Shown here piece after piece: positions 29,184-38,733 of a stretch of 64,000 nt of DNA. The stretch spans positions 1,089 to 65,088 of the forward strand of contig CAVPKR010000155.1 in the NCBI GenBank assembly GCA_963705675.1, read 5' to 3'. The notes below the pieces were generated by a model. The model was not told where the DNA came from. It ran no database searches and saw nothing but the letters and a program-made list of their open reading frames with translations. A program made the position numbers and the translations under genes. The stretch comes from Terriglobia bacterium (GTDB lineage Bacteria > Acidobacteriota > Terriglobia > Bryobacterales > Bryobacteraceae). Position 1 is the first letter of the stretch, and every line of letters starts with the position of its first letter.

Positions 29184-30661
29184 GTGCATGTAACTCGCGG
29201 CGCGGTCCTGGCGGTTTGTGTGGGACTGGCCGCGTGCTCACGCGGTGGACATCCCGTGGAGCGCCTGGCGATTCTCCCGTTCGAAAATCTAACCGGCGAT
29301 GCGTCCCTTAATTGGGTGGCCACCGCCGCGCCGTTGGTCGTAGCGGCTGATTTATCGGGGGCTCCTAAGGTTTTCGCGCAACCGATGCTCTCGCGCAGCG
29401 ACGCTTATCTCGCGAATTCGACGCGATTTGTTCAAGGCTACTTCACAGGGCACGCCGGGTCGCTGCGATTCCAGGTTGAAGTGGAAGACGCGTCGCGTCA
29501 CAAAATGGTCGCCGATGAAGCGGCTTCCGGCGATCTGCTGGCGTCGATGAATACGCTGGCGAAGGGCCTGGATTCATCCGCGCACTCGTTTTCGACATCG
29601 AATACGGAAGCGATGGCCGCTTGGGGACATCGGGATTACGAGAAAGCGGTTACGCTCGATCCGGATTTCGGCGCGGCGTGGTTCGCGTGGGCGGAGACGC
29701 TGGTTACGCGTGGCGAATCCGCGCAAGCCGCCGATGTCGCGGGCCGTGCGCTCAAGAGGCCGGGGCTTCAGTCGAATGTGGATCGGGCTCGATTGGAGCT
29801 GCTTTCGGCGACGCTGCGGCACGATGCTGACGCCAGGGCGAAGGCGTTGACATCGCTGGCGCGGCTGCTGAGGACGGACACTCCGCTGCTGGAGGCTCTA
29901 GCTTCCGCGGAGATGAATGCGCGTCGCTTTTCGACGGCGGTGGAACTTTTCTCGAATATCGTCAACGTGGACCCGGAGAATGCCGGCGACAGGAATCTGC
30001 TCGGGTATGCGCAGGTTTATGCGGGAGATTTCAACGCGGCGGCGAAAACGTTCGAAGAATATGGAAAGATGCCGGATCAGAAAACGAACTCGCTCGATTC
30101 GCTGGGCGAGGCGTGTTTTTTGACCGGGCGGTTCAAGGACGCGGAGAAATACTTTCTTCAGGCGTACGATTCGAATCATGCATTTCTCGCGGGGACGGAC
30201 TTGTTTAAGGCGGCTTACGCGCACTGGCTGGGGGGCGATTTAAAGGGTGCGGACGAACTGATGAAGCGGTATCTGGATACGCGGCGGAACGATCCTTTGC
30301 GGGCGTGGCGTGAGGCGTCGTGGGATTATGCGACGGGGCGGCGCGATCAGGCGGTAGCGACCCTGCGGAAGTCCCCGGACGCGCAGATCGTCGATCGGCA
30401 AATGGCGGTGCGGGGTCGAATCCCCCGCAGGATGTGGACGCGCTGAAACAACTTTACGAGCACACGCCGCCCGCGTCCGACGGGCAGGCGCGGTCCTTCT
30501 ACGCGGCGTCGCTGGTGGCGGCGGGGCAGCGGGATGAGGCTCGGAAATTGCTGGCGTTATGGCCGCTGCCCACGGAATCCGGCGGGGACCTGATGCGCGA
30601 GTCGATGGTGTTTCCGAAGTTTATCGAGGCTCGCCGCGCGGTGGGATTGCCGGTTCCTTGA
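29184..30661 (+). CDS. TPR-like lipoprotein, frameshifted near 30400-30420
   Basis: Lipobox-like VGLAACS. ORF 29184-30446 continues in ORF 30320-30661 as ...SNPPQDVDALKQLYEHTPPASDGQARSFYAASLVAAGQRDEARKLL. Confidence 0.6.
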
Positions 30662-32380
30662 TCAAGCCTGCTTCAGCCCGGACCCGTATGGGAGCCGCAT
30701 CTGGAATTCTGCGCCGGGGCCGTTGCCGGTCACCCATAGATCACCGCCGTGATCGAGCAGCGTTTGCCGCGACAGCGCCAGGCCCAGTCCCAGGCCGTTT
30801 TTCTTGCCGAAGGTGACGAAGGGCTGGAATAAGCGGTCCCGAACTTCGGGGCGGATCCCCGGGCCGGTGTCTTTGACTACGATCACCAGAGCCGATTCTT
30901 CCTGCGTGGCATGGATGCGCACGGTGCCGCCGGTGTTCATCACCTCCACCGCGTTTTCGAAAAGATTGCGGAAGACGCGCTCCATGCGGGCTCGCTCCAT
31001 AGGACACTCGACGCCGGATGGCACCTCATCCACGAGTTTCACTTTTTTGGCTTCGGCATCAGGCTCGACGGCGGCCCATGCGGCGGAAACTACGTCGCCG
31101 ACGTAACACATTTCCGGCACGCCGGTTCGGCCTCGGGATACATTCAGGAGCTGCTGCAGCATCTCCTGAATGCCGCGCGAGGCTCGATAGATGTTGATCG
31201 CCAGGCGCTTGATTTGCGGCATGGGCAGGTTGCTGTCGAACAGCATTTCGGCGCCGGCGTAGATCGCGGCCAGCGGATTACGAAGATCGTGGACGATGCT
31301 GGTCGAGAGGCGGCCGATGGTGGAAATCCGCTCCTGCCGCGTCAATTCCTGGCGGGCCTGCTGGATCGATTCGCACATGGCGTTGAAGGTGGTGCCCAGG
31401 CGGCCCAGTTCGTCGCCGCTGTGCACGTCCACCCGATAGTCGTAGTTCTGACGGCCGATTTCGGAGGCGGCGCGATCCAGCTCGGCTACCGGACGCATGA
31501 TCCTGCGCGCGACAAAGAACGTTACCAGGAGTGCCGCGGCCATCGCCGATAGCCAGAGCGCGACGATTTCGGTGCGCAGCGCCGCGATACTGTGGCGGGC
31601 GGCTTCGAAGGATCGAAGAATCAGGAGCTGTCCGATGGGTTCGCCGCGAATATCCAGAAGCGGAGTGGCCAGGGCAAGATAATCCTCGTTGCGGGCAGTC
31701 TGTTTATCCAGAAGACGCGCGGTTAAGCCGGCCGGCAAGGTCGTGGTCACCACCTGCTTGCCGGTGACGAAGACGAAGTCGCTGCCGCCGGTTTCTTCCT
31801 TCAGCCGGCGCGCCACAGAGATGTCGACGCCATAACCGGCTACCAGAACGTCCAGCAATCCCGCGCCGCTGCCGGCTTGCACGTAGACGGGTGTTACCAC
31901 CACCTGAAAGAGGTCGCCGCCGCGCTGGACGAAGCCCGGGACTTGGTCGGGAAAATGCGACTCGGCGGCTTGCACTTCGGGAAAATCGGCGTTTGCGCGA
32001 ATCGGGCCAGACCTGCCGAGTGAGGCGATCACCTTCCCCTGCGGATCGGCCACCAGGAAGAAGGCGTCTTCGGTGGAGACTTTCGACCATAGCTCGCCCG
32101 CCGTGTCGCGAATGGTGGCTTCATCCCGGGTGCCGAAGGCGGCGCGGACTGAGGGCATAGTGCTGAGAATGCGGCTAACGCTGGCGAGACGGTCGGCGCG
32201 CGCGTTCCAAAGCGACTCGTAGGCTTGGAAGCTCGCGCGAGCCTCATGCTCGACGCTCTCCGTCGTGGTCTTGACGACGCTGCTCTGCACAATCCACCCG
32301 GCGGCCGCGAACACCAAGGTCAAAACGCCGGAGGTGGGCAGCAGAATCTTCCATAGCAGCGACAGACGAGAGAAACTCAC
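30662..32380 (-). CDS. Sensor histidine kinase (periplasmic sensor domain + HAMP + HisKA + HATPase_c)
   Basis: The H-box is STSIVHDLRNPLAAI. N, G1 and G2 boxes are FENAVEVM, VKDTGPGI, GLGLGLALS. The GTG start overlaps the upstream stop as GTGA. Confidence 0.9.
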   Translation of the reverse strand: MSFSRLSLLWKILLPTSGVLTLVFAAAGWIVQSSVVKTTTESVEHEARASFQAYESLWNARADRLASVSRILSTMPSVRAAFGTRDEATIRDTAGELWSKVSTEDAFFLVADPQGKVIASLGRSGPIRANADFPEVQAAESHFPDQVPGFVQRGGDLFQVVVTPVYVQAGSGAGLLDVLVAGYGVDISVARRLKEETGGSDFVFVTGKQVVTTTLPAGLTARLLDKQTARNEDYLALATPLLDIRGEPIGQLLILRSFEAARHSIAALRTEIVALWLSAMAAALLVTFFVARRIMRPVAELDRAASEIGRQNYDYRVDVHSGDELGRLGTTFNAMCESIQQARQELTRQERISTIGRLSTSIVHDLRNPLAAIYAGAEMLFDSNLPMPQIKRLAINIYRASRGIQEMLQQLLNVSRGRTGVPEMCYVGDVVSAAWAAVEPDAEAKKVKLVDEVPSGVECPMERARMERVFRNLFENAVEVMNTGGTVRIHATQEESALVIVVKDTGPGIRPEVRDRLFQPFVTFGKKNGLGLGLALSRQTLLDHGGDLWVTGNGPGAEFQMRLPYGSGLKQA

Positions 32381-33097
32381 GGCTTGACTCCAGAATAAGG
32401 TCCCGAGTCGGACGCCGGATAGTCCTTTCCGTACTTGTTCTTGTGGGGCAGCAACAGGTAGCCGCTCTCGGACACGTCGATTTTTGGGAGATCGGTGATG
32501 CCCTGCCCCACGTCAACGGTTCCGATGAGACTATCCAGGGTCTGCTGGGTGGAGCGTTCGTGAAAAACGCGAAGACGGTAGGCGCCGGGGGGGACGTTGT
32601 GGATCGAAAATTCGCCGGCCTTTCGTGGAAACGGCAAAATACGGAGACTTCAGCACGACGATCACGGCGCTCATCGCCGGATGGATGTTGCAAAATACGC
32701 GGACGATTCCTTCCCGCTTAAATTCAATCGAGCGGGAGGTGCCGGGAGGGTACAAGCCTACGTCGAAAATCTCGCCGTCGTAATTCGAGAACGCATTGTG
32801 AAAAATGGGATCGTAATTGGGAAAATTGATCACGGTCCCGACGTCAATCGCCAGCAGGTGAGGCAGAAATCGCTTCCCCTTCTGAATCATCTCGGCTTTA
32901 CCAGTGCGGCTGGCGAGGGGCGGGCCGCCTGGCATCGAATCGAGCCAGACCACGACTCCCGAGTAATCGGCATTCTTGCGCACGGCCTGCTCTTTCGACG
33001 AGACGATCTCGATGTGTCCCGTGACAGTTCCCCCTGATGCAATCGCAGCGCAACAGAGCCAGATCGCGGGCAAGCGAGTACGCCAATCCCGCCGCAC
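32377..33097 (-). CDS. Secreted cupredoxin-like / methylamine-utilisation-protein-like protein, frameshifted near 32625
   Basis: Signal peptide VRRDWRTRLPAIWLCCAAIASG. VFCNIHPAM is a Cys-x2-His-x2-Met copper-site-like motif. ORF 32531-33517 joins ORF 32377-32637 as ...SPYFAVSTK-AGEFSIHNVPPGAYRLRVFHE. The start is inferred at GTG 33097, because a signal peptide must be N-terminal. Confidence 0.6.
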
Positions 33098-33540
33098 TCC
33101 GTTTTGCGCGACTAAGTCAGAGGGAGCGCAAAGGATGCGGCGCGCACGACTGATCCAGCGAACACAACATTCGCGCCGCACTCCGTTTTGCGCGACTAGA
33201 TCAGAGGGAGCGCAAAGGATGCGGCGCGCACGACTGATCCAGCGAACACAACATTCGCGCCGCACTCCGTTTTGCGCGACTAGATCAGAGGGAGCGCAAA
33301 GGATGCGGCGCGCACGACTGATCCAGCGAACACAAGATTCGCGCCGCACTCCGTTTTGCGCGACTAGATCAGAGGGAGCGCAAAGGATGCGGCGCGCACG
33401 ACTGATCCAGCGAACACAACATTCGCGCCGCACTCCGTTTTGCGCGACTAGATCAGAGGGAGCGCAAAGGATGCGGCGCGCACGACTGATCCAGCGAACA
33501 CAACATTCGCGCCGCACTCCGTTTTGCGCGACTAGATCAG
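33091..33540. repeat. Tandem array: 5 complete 84-bp units plus a 30-bp partial unit
   Basis: Units start at 33091, 33175, 33259, 33343, 33427 and 33511. The consensus is GCCGCACTCCGTTTTGCGCGACTAGATCAGAGGGAGCGCAAAGGATGCGGCGCGCACGACTGATCCAGCGAACACAACATTCGC. Only 3 positions differ across all copies. Confidence 0.95.
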
Positions 33541-34882
33541 AAAAGATACGCCACCGCCAGATCGATGTGGTTATTCAACCGGTTGCCGATTCCAAGATAC
33601 GTCGTCCGGACCTGGCTGGCCTCCAGGCTCAGCATCACATTGGGCGCGATGCGGTACATCGCGTTCGCGGCGAAAGCTTCATTCAAGCCGATGTAGCCGG
33701 CGCGCAGGTTCGAATTCTGATCGTCCTGGCGGCCGCCGTAAATGTCGAACGCCAGGCGCTCGGTTACGGGAAAGCGCAGCTGCGCCCAGCCGCCGGTGCT
33801 GTGAACCGGCGTGGACCCGTCATAATGCGGAATAAAACCCTGAGGCAGAGCCCCAAGATTCGCGACATTTTGGCCGTTATAGAAGAAGCCCGTGAACTCG
33901 ACAAACTTTACCGGCCGGATCAGCCAGTCGAGCGAAAACAGATGGGAGGATACATTTGACGAGCCGACGGTGCTCGCGTTTTCGTGAAACCCGGGCGCGA
34001 TTTCGATGCGTGTATGCTCGCCCCACTGGCGCCAAAGCTCGAAGCGGCCTTCGACGCCCGGCTGCGCGTGTTCGACGGGAAGTCCGGTAAGAGGAGCCGG
34101 AACATAGGCGTTGTAACCCGTCGATTCGGCGCCGGGCTCGCGCGTCTGCACCACGCCCACCTGCGCGCGAAGGCCGGAATCCTTCGCGAAATGGATCCGC
34201 TGTTCGACGCGAATTTGCGGCTGCCAGAGCCACAGATTCCCCGCCCCAGTGAGCGGCGAGACGCCGACCTGCGCGAAGGAATTCGGATCGCGCGGGGAAA
34301 TAATCGGCTTATCCTGTCCGAATAGAACGCTGGTTTGATTCCAATCCAGCGAAATAGTCGCGGTCCTCAAGCGAATCAGATGATTCAGCGATCCGGCGGA
34401 CCCGCCGAATAGATCGAGAGACAGCGCACCGTCACTTTGCCCCCGAAGATCGACTGCGGGCTGTCGTAGACCAAGCCGAGGATGCTTTGGCGTAGCGATC
34501 CTCCGCCGGTCGCATCCGCGGGCGTGAGTGGCGCGATGGTCGTGTTCTCCGTGCCGCCGTTGTAGCGGCCGTTCGCATAAGCATTGAACAACGCCATTCC
34601 AGTCACCGTGATGGGCAGCTTCTGCGACGACGCGACTTTGGTTTGCTCCAGCTCCTCCACTCGCGCCTTCTGGACTTGAGCTTGCTCCTCTGCCGGCTCA
34701 GCCGCTGGTGCCGCCCCGGATCGCGCCACCGCCAGCTCCTGCCGCAGCGACTTAACTTCCTGATTCAGAGACCGGTTCGCGTCTTCCAGCTTCTGCAAAC
34801 GATCCAGAATTTCGCGGATCTCGGGAGTGGATTGCGCCTGCAGCGCGACTCCTCCGATGACGACCAGCAGTAGGCGTTTCAT
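33537..34882 (-). CDS. Outer-membrane beta-barrel porin with an N-terminal coiled coil, frameshifted near 34430
   Basis: Signal peptide plus coiled coil (ILDRLQKLEDANRSLNQEVKSLRQEL) in ORF 34385-34882. After a 1-nt shift the text reads GALSLDLFGGSAGSLNHLIRLRTATISLDW..., continuing into ORF 33537-34370. That ORF ends in an aromatic residue (VAYLF*), typical of OM barrels. Confidence 0.65.
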
Positions 34883-35259
34883 TTTTTCAGCAACTGCTCC
34901 AGTTTCTCCCGCACTTTCACGGGCGAATATGGCTTCATGAAAAAAGCGTTGGCGCCGAGCCGTTCGACACGCTGCGGCGCATCCGGATCGGCCGAGCCGG
35001 TGATCACCATGATGGGCACGTCGCGATGCACGCTGTGGCCGCGGACACGCTCAATCAGCTCGAACCCATCCATGCCCCGCATTTCGAGGTCGGTCACGAT
35101 CGCCGAAAGATCGCTTGCCGCGTTGTTCTCGATCAGCCCCCAAGCCGCTTCGCCGCTCGGAACGGTGAGGACACTCAGGTCCTCCAACCCGCTGAATACG
35201 ATCTCAAGCATGGAGGCGCACGTATCGGCATCCTCGACGATCAGCACGGTGCGTTGCAT
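34879..35259 (-). CDS. Single-domain response regulator (CheY-like receiver)
   Basis: MQRTVLIVEDADTCASMLE...AIVTDLEMRGMDGFELIERVR...PIMVITGS...FMKPY. The stop overlaps the porin ATG as ATGA. Confidence 0.85.
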   Translation of the reverse strand: MQRTVLIVEDADTCASMLEIVFSGLEDLSVLTVPSGEAAWGLIENNAASDLSAIVTDLEMRGMDGFELIERVRGHSVHRDVPIMVITGSADPDAPQRVERLGANAFFMKPYSPVKVREKLEQLLKK

Positions 35260-35324
35260 TTCCTTATTATGGTGGCCCCGACTGAAACAATCTTGCGCGA
35301 ACTTGTAAAAGAATTGTAAACCGT

Positions 35325-36011
35325 TTACGGCAGGAATCGATAGCCGACGCCGTGAACGGTCAGGAAGTGGCGGGGCGTGTTGGGGTCGGATTCCAGCTTC
35401 TGGCGGAGCTTGACCACGTGCGCGTCGACGGTCCGAGTGTTCGGAAACGACTCGTAGCCCCACACGGAATTGAGAATCATGTCGCGCGTCAGCGGCCGGT
35501 CGGGATTCGAAAGGAAATAAGTCAGCAGATTATATTCCGCGGGAGTCATTTTAAGAGGCTCGCCGTGGCGGCTCACCACGCGTCGCTCGAACTCGATCAG
35601 CACGTCTCCGAACTGCGCCACTTTGCGCGCATCGGGCGAGGTGCGGCGGAGCACGGCCCGGATTCTCGCCAATAGCTCGCGCGCCCCAAATGGTTTGACT
35701 ACATAATCGTCGGCGCCGATTTCAAGCAGCAGTACCTTGTCGACCTCTTCGCCAACCGCGCTCAACACGATGATCGGCGTGTTCACGTTACCGGCGCGAA
35801 GCTGCTTCGAGATCTCGATTCCACTCATGCCGGGCAGGCGCAAATCCACCAGGATCAGGTCGGGCTTGGCGCTGAGGGCGCGCTCATATCCGGTTTTGCC
35901 GTCAGAAGCGAGCAGGGGCCGATAGCCTTCCTGTTCCAGCATCAGGCCGATGGTATCGCGCAGACTTTCGTCATCGTCGATCACCAGGATGGTCGTCATC
36001 GTATGCCCCAT
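35325..36011 (-). CDS. OmpR/PhoB-family response regulator
   Basis: The receiver is ILVIDDDESLRD...LILVDLRLPGMSGIEI. The winged helix is TPAEYNLLTYFLSNPDRPLTRDMILNSVWGYE...RTVDAHVVKLRQKLE...LTVHGVGYRF. Confidence 0.9.
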   Translation of the reverse strand: MGHTMTTILVIDDDESLRDTIGLMLEQEGYRPLLASDGKTGYERALSAKPDLILVDLRLPGMSGIEISKQLRAGNVNTPIIVLSAVGEEVDKVLLLEIGADDYVVKPFGARELLARIRAVLRRTSPDARKVAQFGDVLIEFERRVVSRHGEPLKMTPAEYNLLTYFLSNPDRPLTRDMILNSVWGYESFPNTRTVDAHVVKLRQKLESDPNTPRHFLTVHGVGYRFLP

Positions 36012-36159
36012 TCTACCGGACGCGGCGCGTTTACAAGACTCGTAGACGTGTGCCGCTGTAATCTGGATGCAATCCGGAGCAGCGTGCAGCGTGGCTCCTC
36101 GGGGTGATTGGCAGAGAGGGGTCCTGCCAGTCGGCTTCTCGGAGCCGCGCAGCTTGTGA

Positions 36160-37703
36160 TTAGCGGCTCGCCTGGACCGGATCCATCCGGCGCCAGAGCC
36201 GGTACCCGGACACAGTTACATCGGGATTCTGAACCGGCTGATAATTCTTCTCAAGCCAGGCTTCCAGTGTTTCGTACCGGAAATCGAGATTCGAACCATT
36301 CGGAAAAATGCGCAGGAATTCTTCCCGCGATAGCTTCAGATACAACAGCCATTCCGGCGGATCGGCCTCCAGACCTTCCAATGCGACACCTGCGTCGCGA
36401 GCCGTCGACATACCTGGATTGAGATACGCATATCGCGTCGGATTTTTCGCCTGCGTCAGGAAATAATCGATCGGCATGTAGGGATACACGAACAATCCCT
36501 CGCCCGGACGCACTTTCGCCAGCAGATTCTGCGTCGCGGCAAGCTGCCCTTTGTCGACGCGCAGTGTCCCGACCGGCGAAGCCACCCGCCTAGTACCGCT
36601 AAACGTTATGAAGAAATTCGACGCGAAGATGCCCGCCATGATCATCGTGGCGATCGTAAAGCGCGGGCCTCAACCGGTCCGGAATCATCTGCGCAAGCGC
36701 CGCCCCCGCGAGCACGTAAGAAAGCGCCGCGATGAAAGCCAGGTGCATCACGTCGGCGCGCGGAAACAGAGTCGCCACAAATGCGATCAGCGTCAGCAGG
36801 AGCAACTGAACGGTAGGGCGGATTTGCTCCGGGATCGTCCGCCGCCACATCGCGGCCGCCCATGCCAACAGCGCCACCGGCGGCAGGATCGCAGGCAAGG
36901 CCACGCAGGCGACCAGGATCGCCCGGATCGTCCATTCATACCCGCCGCTGGACCCTTCGAACAAGGCTCGATAGCCGCCGACGATGGTTCCGTAGGGCAT
37001 CGTATTGACGCCCGCATAATTCTGTCTCAACCACAGCAGTTGTTCGAGGAAAGCACGCAAGCAACCTTTCTCGATCAGCCATCCAAGGGCTAGCGCCGAT
37101 ACAGAGACGACGCCAGCGGCCCATGGAAGCAAAGCCTTGCGGCGTTCGCGGGAAACCGCTAGCCACAAGGCTTCCGCGGCTCCCACCATCGCCACTGTAG
37201 GCGTGCACCAAGTTGCTGCGGCAAGCAGAGCTCCGCTCGCTGCCCACTTTATTTTGGACGATGCTGACACCCCGATCGCGATTCCGGCTAAGGCGAGCGT
37301 AGCGCTGTCCCATCGATGCTGCGCCGTCAGAAACGCCGGGTCGGCGATCTGGAATCCGGCGAAGACGAACAGACACTACCGCCGCTGCACGAATTGATGC
37401 CAACCGCGCGGTCAGCCAAAAAACCAGCGCGCATTGGATTGAAAAATCCAGGATCACGATCAGGCGGCCAGTGATCAGCGAAATTCCGAAAACTCGGAAC
37501 ACCGCGGCTTGAAGCCAATAACTCCCTGGGCTCATGTAGGCCCAGAAATCGACATAGGGGCGGGCTCCTGCCGCGACCCGCTGCGCCGGCTCCAGCAGGA
37601 TTCCTTCATCGTTCGTCGCCACCACGCGATTTCCGTGGAACGCCAGCAGCAGAATCGCGACGCCCAGAAACACCGCGCCCGCGATGCGCGCCGTGCGGTT
37701 CAT
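36160..37703 (-). CDS. GT-C-fold membrane glycosyltransferase (ArnT/PMT-like, GT39/83-like), read across 2 frameshifts (~37383, ~36660)
   Basis: ORFs 36936-37703, 36599-37270 and 36160-36645 join into one polytopic protein of about 515 aa. An acidic first-loop motif follows TM1 (NDEGILLEPAQRVAAGARPYVDFW). ATG 37703 overlaps the GT2 stop as ATGA. Confidence 0.6.
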
Positions 37704-38671
37704 CGAAGGACGCTCGCCGTATTGCGGACCGGCGTCTTACCCAAAATGAAGTACGGTGCGTCCCTTTGCAGCAGGAATGCTGGCGAATTCCGGCGGTTCG
37801 CGATCAGGAATGAAAATAGAATCGCGAACGTCAGGGATTGGAAAATCAGGCCGATCAGGCATCCGGTGACGAAGCTGGTCCAGCCGGGGATGGGGATAAA
37901 CGCGCGAATCGCAATCGCGGCCAAGCCCAGGACCGAGAAGATGGCCGACGCGGTCAAGAGGCGGGCGCTTACCTGATCGCTATAAACCGAGATCGCCGAC
38001 AGCGCGTGCATCAGCAAGCTGACGAAATTCATCTTCGACTTGCCAGTCAGGCGTTTGCCTCTCGGAATCGGAACCAGTTGCCGTGGCAGGCGGGCGCGAA
38101 ACACGGCGGCGGAATAGTTATTCCACAAATCCGGCGATGCCATCATCCTCGACAAGGCTCCTCGCGACATCACGCTGAAATTACCTACCCGTACTTCCAC
38201 TCCGGTCAAAATTCGATGCACCACCTGATAAGCCCTATAGAAAAACTGGAACATGAAACTTTCCATGCGGCGTGTTCGAGCGGCGAAAACGATGTCGCGC
38301 CGGCCGCTGCCTTCGTGTTCGTCGAGCAGCACCGGGAGATCCATCGCGCGATCTTCTCCATCGCCATCCATTACCAGGACCGTCTCTGCGTCGCTGAACT
38401 CGTGAACATGGTAAAGACCCAGCGCGATGGCTCGCTGATGTCCCAGATTGCATCGCAGGTGCAAAACGTCCACGGCATCCAGCGAATGAAAATTCTCCCC
38501 CGGCCAATTCTCCGGGAGCGGCTCAGTCGAGGCATCGTCCACCACCAGCACGGAGGCTCGACGATGTGCGCCGGCCAGCGCCTGGTCCACCAGCGGCAAC
38601 AGCAGCCGGACGGCGTCCCAGTCATTGAAGCTGGGGATCAGGATGACCAGAGATGGACGAGTGGCGGCCAT
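37700..38671 (-). CDS. GT2 polyprenyl-phosphate glycosyltransferase (ArnC / Dpm1-like) with C-terminal TM helices
   Basis: LVILIPSFNDWDAV...VLVVDDASTE...LGHQRAIALGL...VLVMDGDGED, followed by two C-terminal TM segments. Start at ATG 38671 (MAATRPS). The upstream part of ORF 37700-39046 is Arg-rich non-coding-looking sequence. Confidence 0.75.
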   Translation of the reverse strand: MAATRPSLVILIPSFNDWDAVRLLLPLVDQALAGAHRRASVLVVDDASTEPLPENWPGENFHSLDAVDVLHLRCNLGHQRAIALGLYHVHEFSDAETVLVMDGDGEDRAMDLPVLLDEHEGSGRRDIVFAARTRRMESFMFQFFYRAYQVVHRILTGVEVRVGNFSVMSRGALSRMMASPDLWNNYSAAVFRARLPRQLVPIPRGKRLTGKSKMNFVSLLMHALSAISVYSDQVSARLLTASAIFSVLGLAAIAIRAFIPIPGWTSFVTGCLIGLIFQSLTFAILFSFLIANRRNSPAFLLQRDAPYFILGKTPVRNTASVLR

Positions 38672-38733
38672 GGGCGCTAACGTCTTGTCATCGGCATTCC
38701 GTCGGCGCTTCTGTAGAGTATCCTCATAGTGAT

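Noticed and set aside
32531-33517. The 328-aa ORF (and antisense ORF 32976-33959) through the array as a real protein with 28-aa Cys/Arg-rich repeats (RRECCVRWISRARRILCAPSDLVAQNGV)
   Set aside because: The frame is open only because 84 is a multiple of 3. The downstream protein has a signal peptide that must be N-terminal. Translation therefore most likely starts at the GTG at 33097, after the array.
33091-33540. The repeat array as a CRISPR locus
   Set aside because: The whole 84-bp unit is repeated almost identically with no unique spacers between shorter repeats. No cas genes are present in the window.
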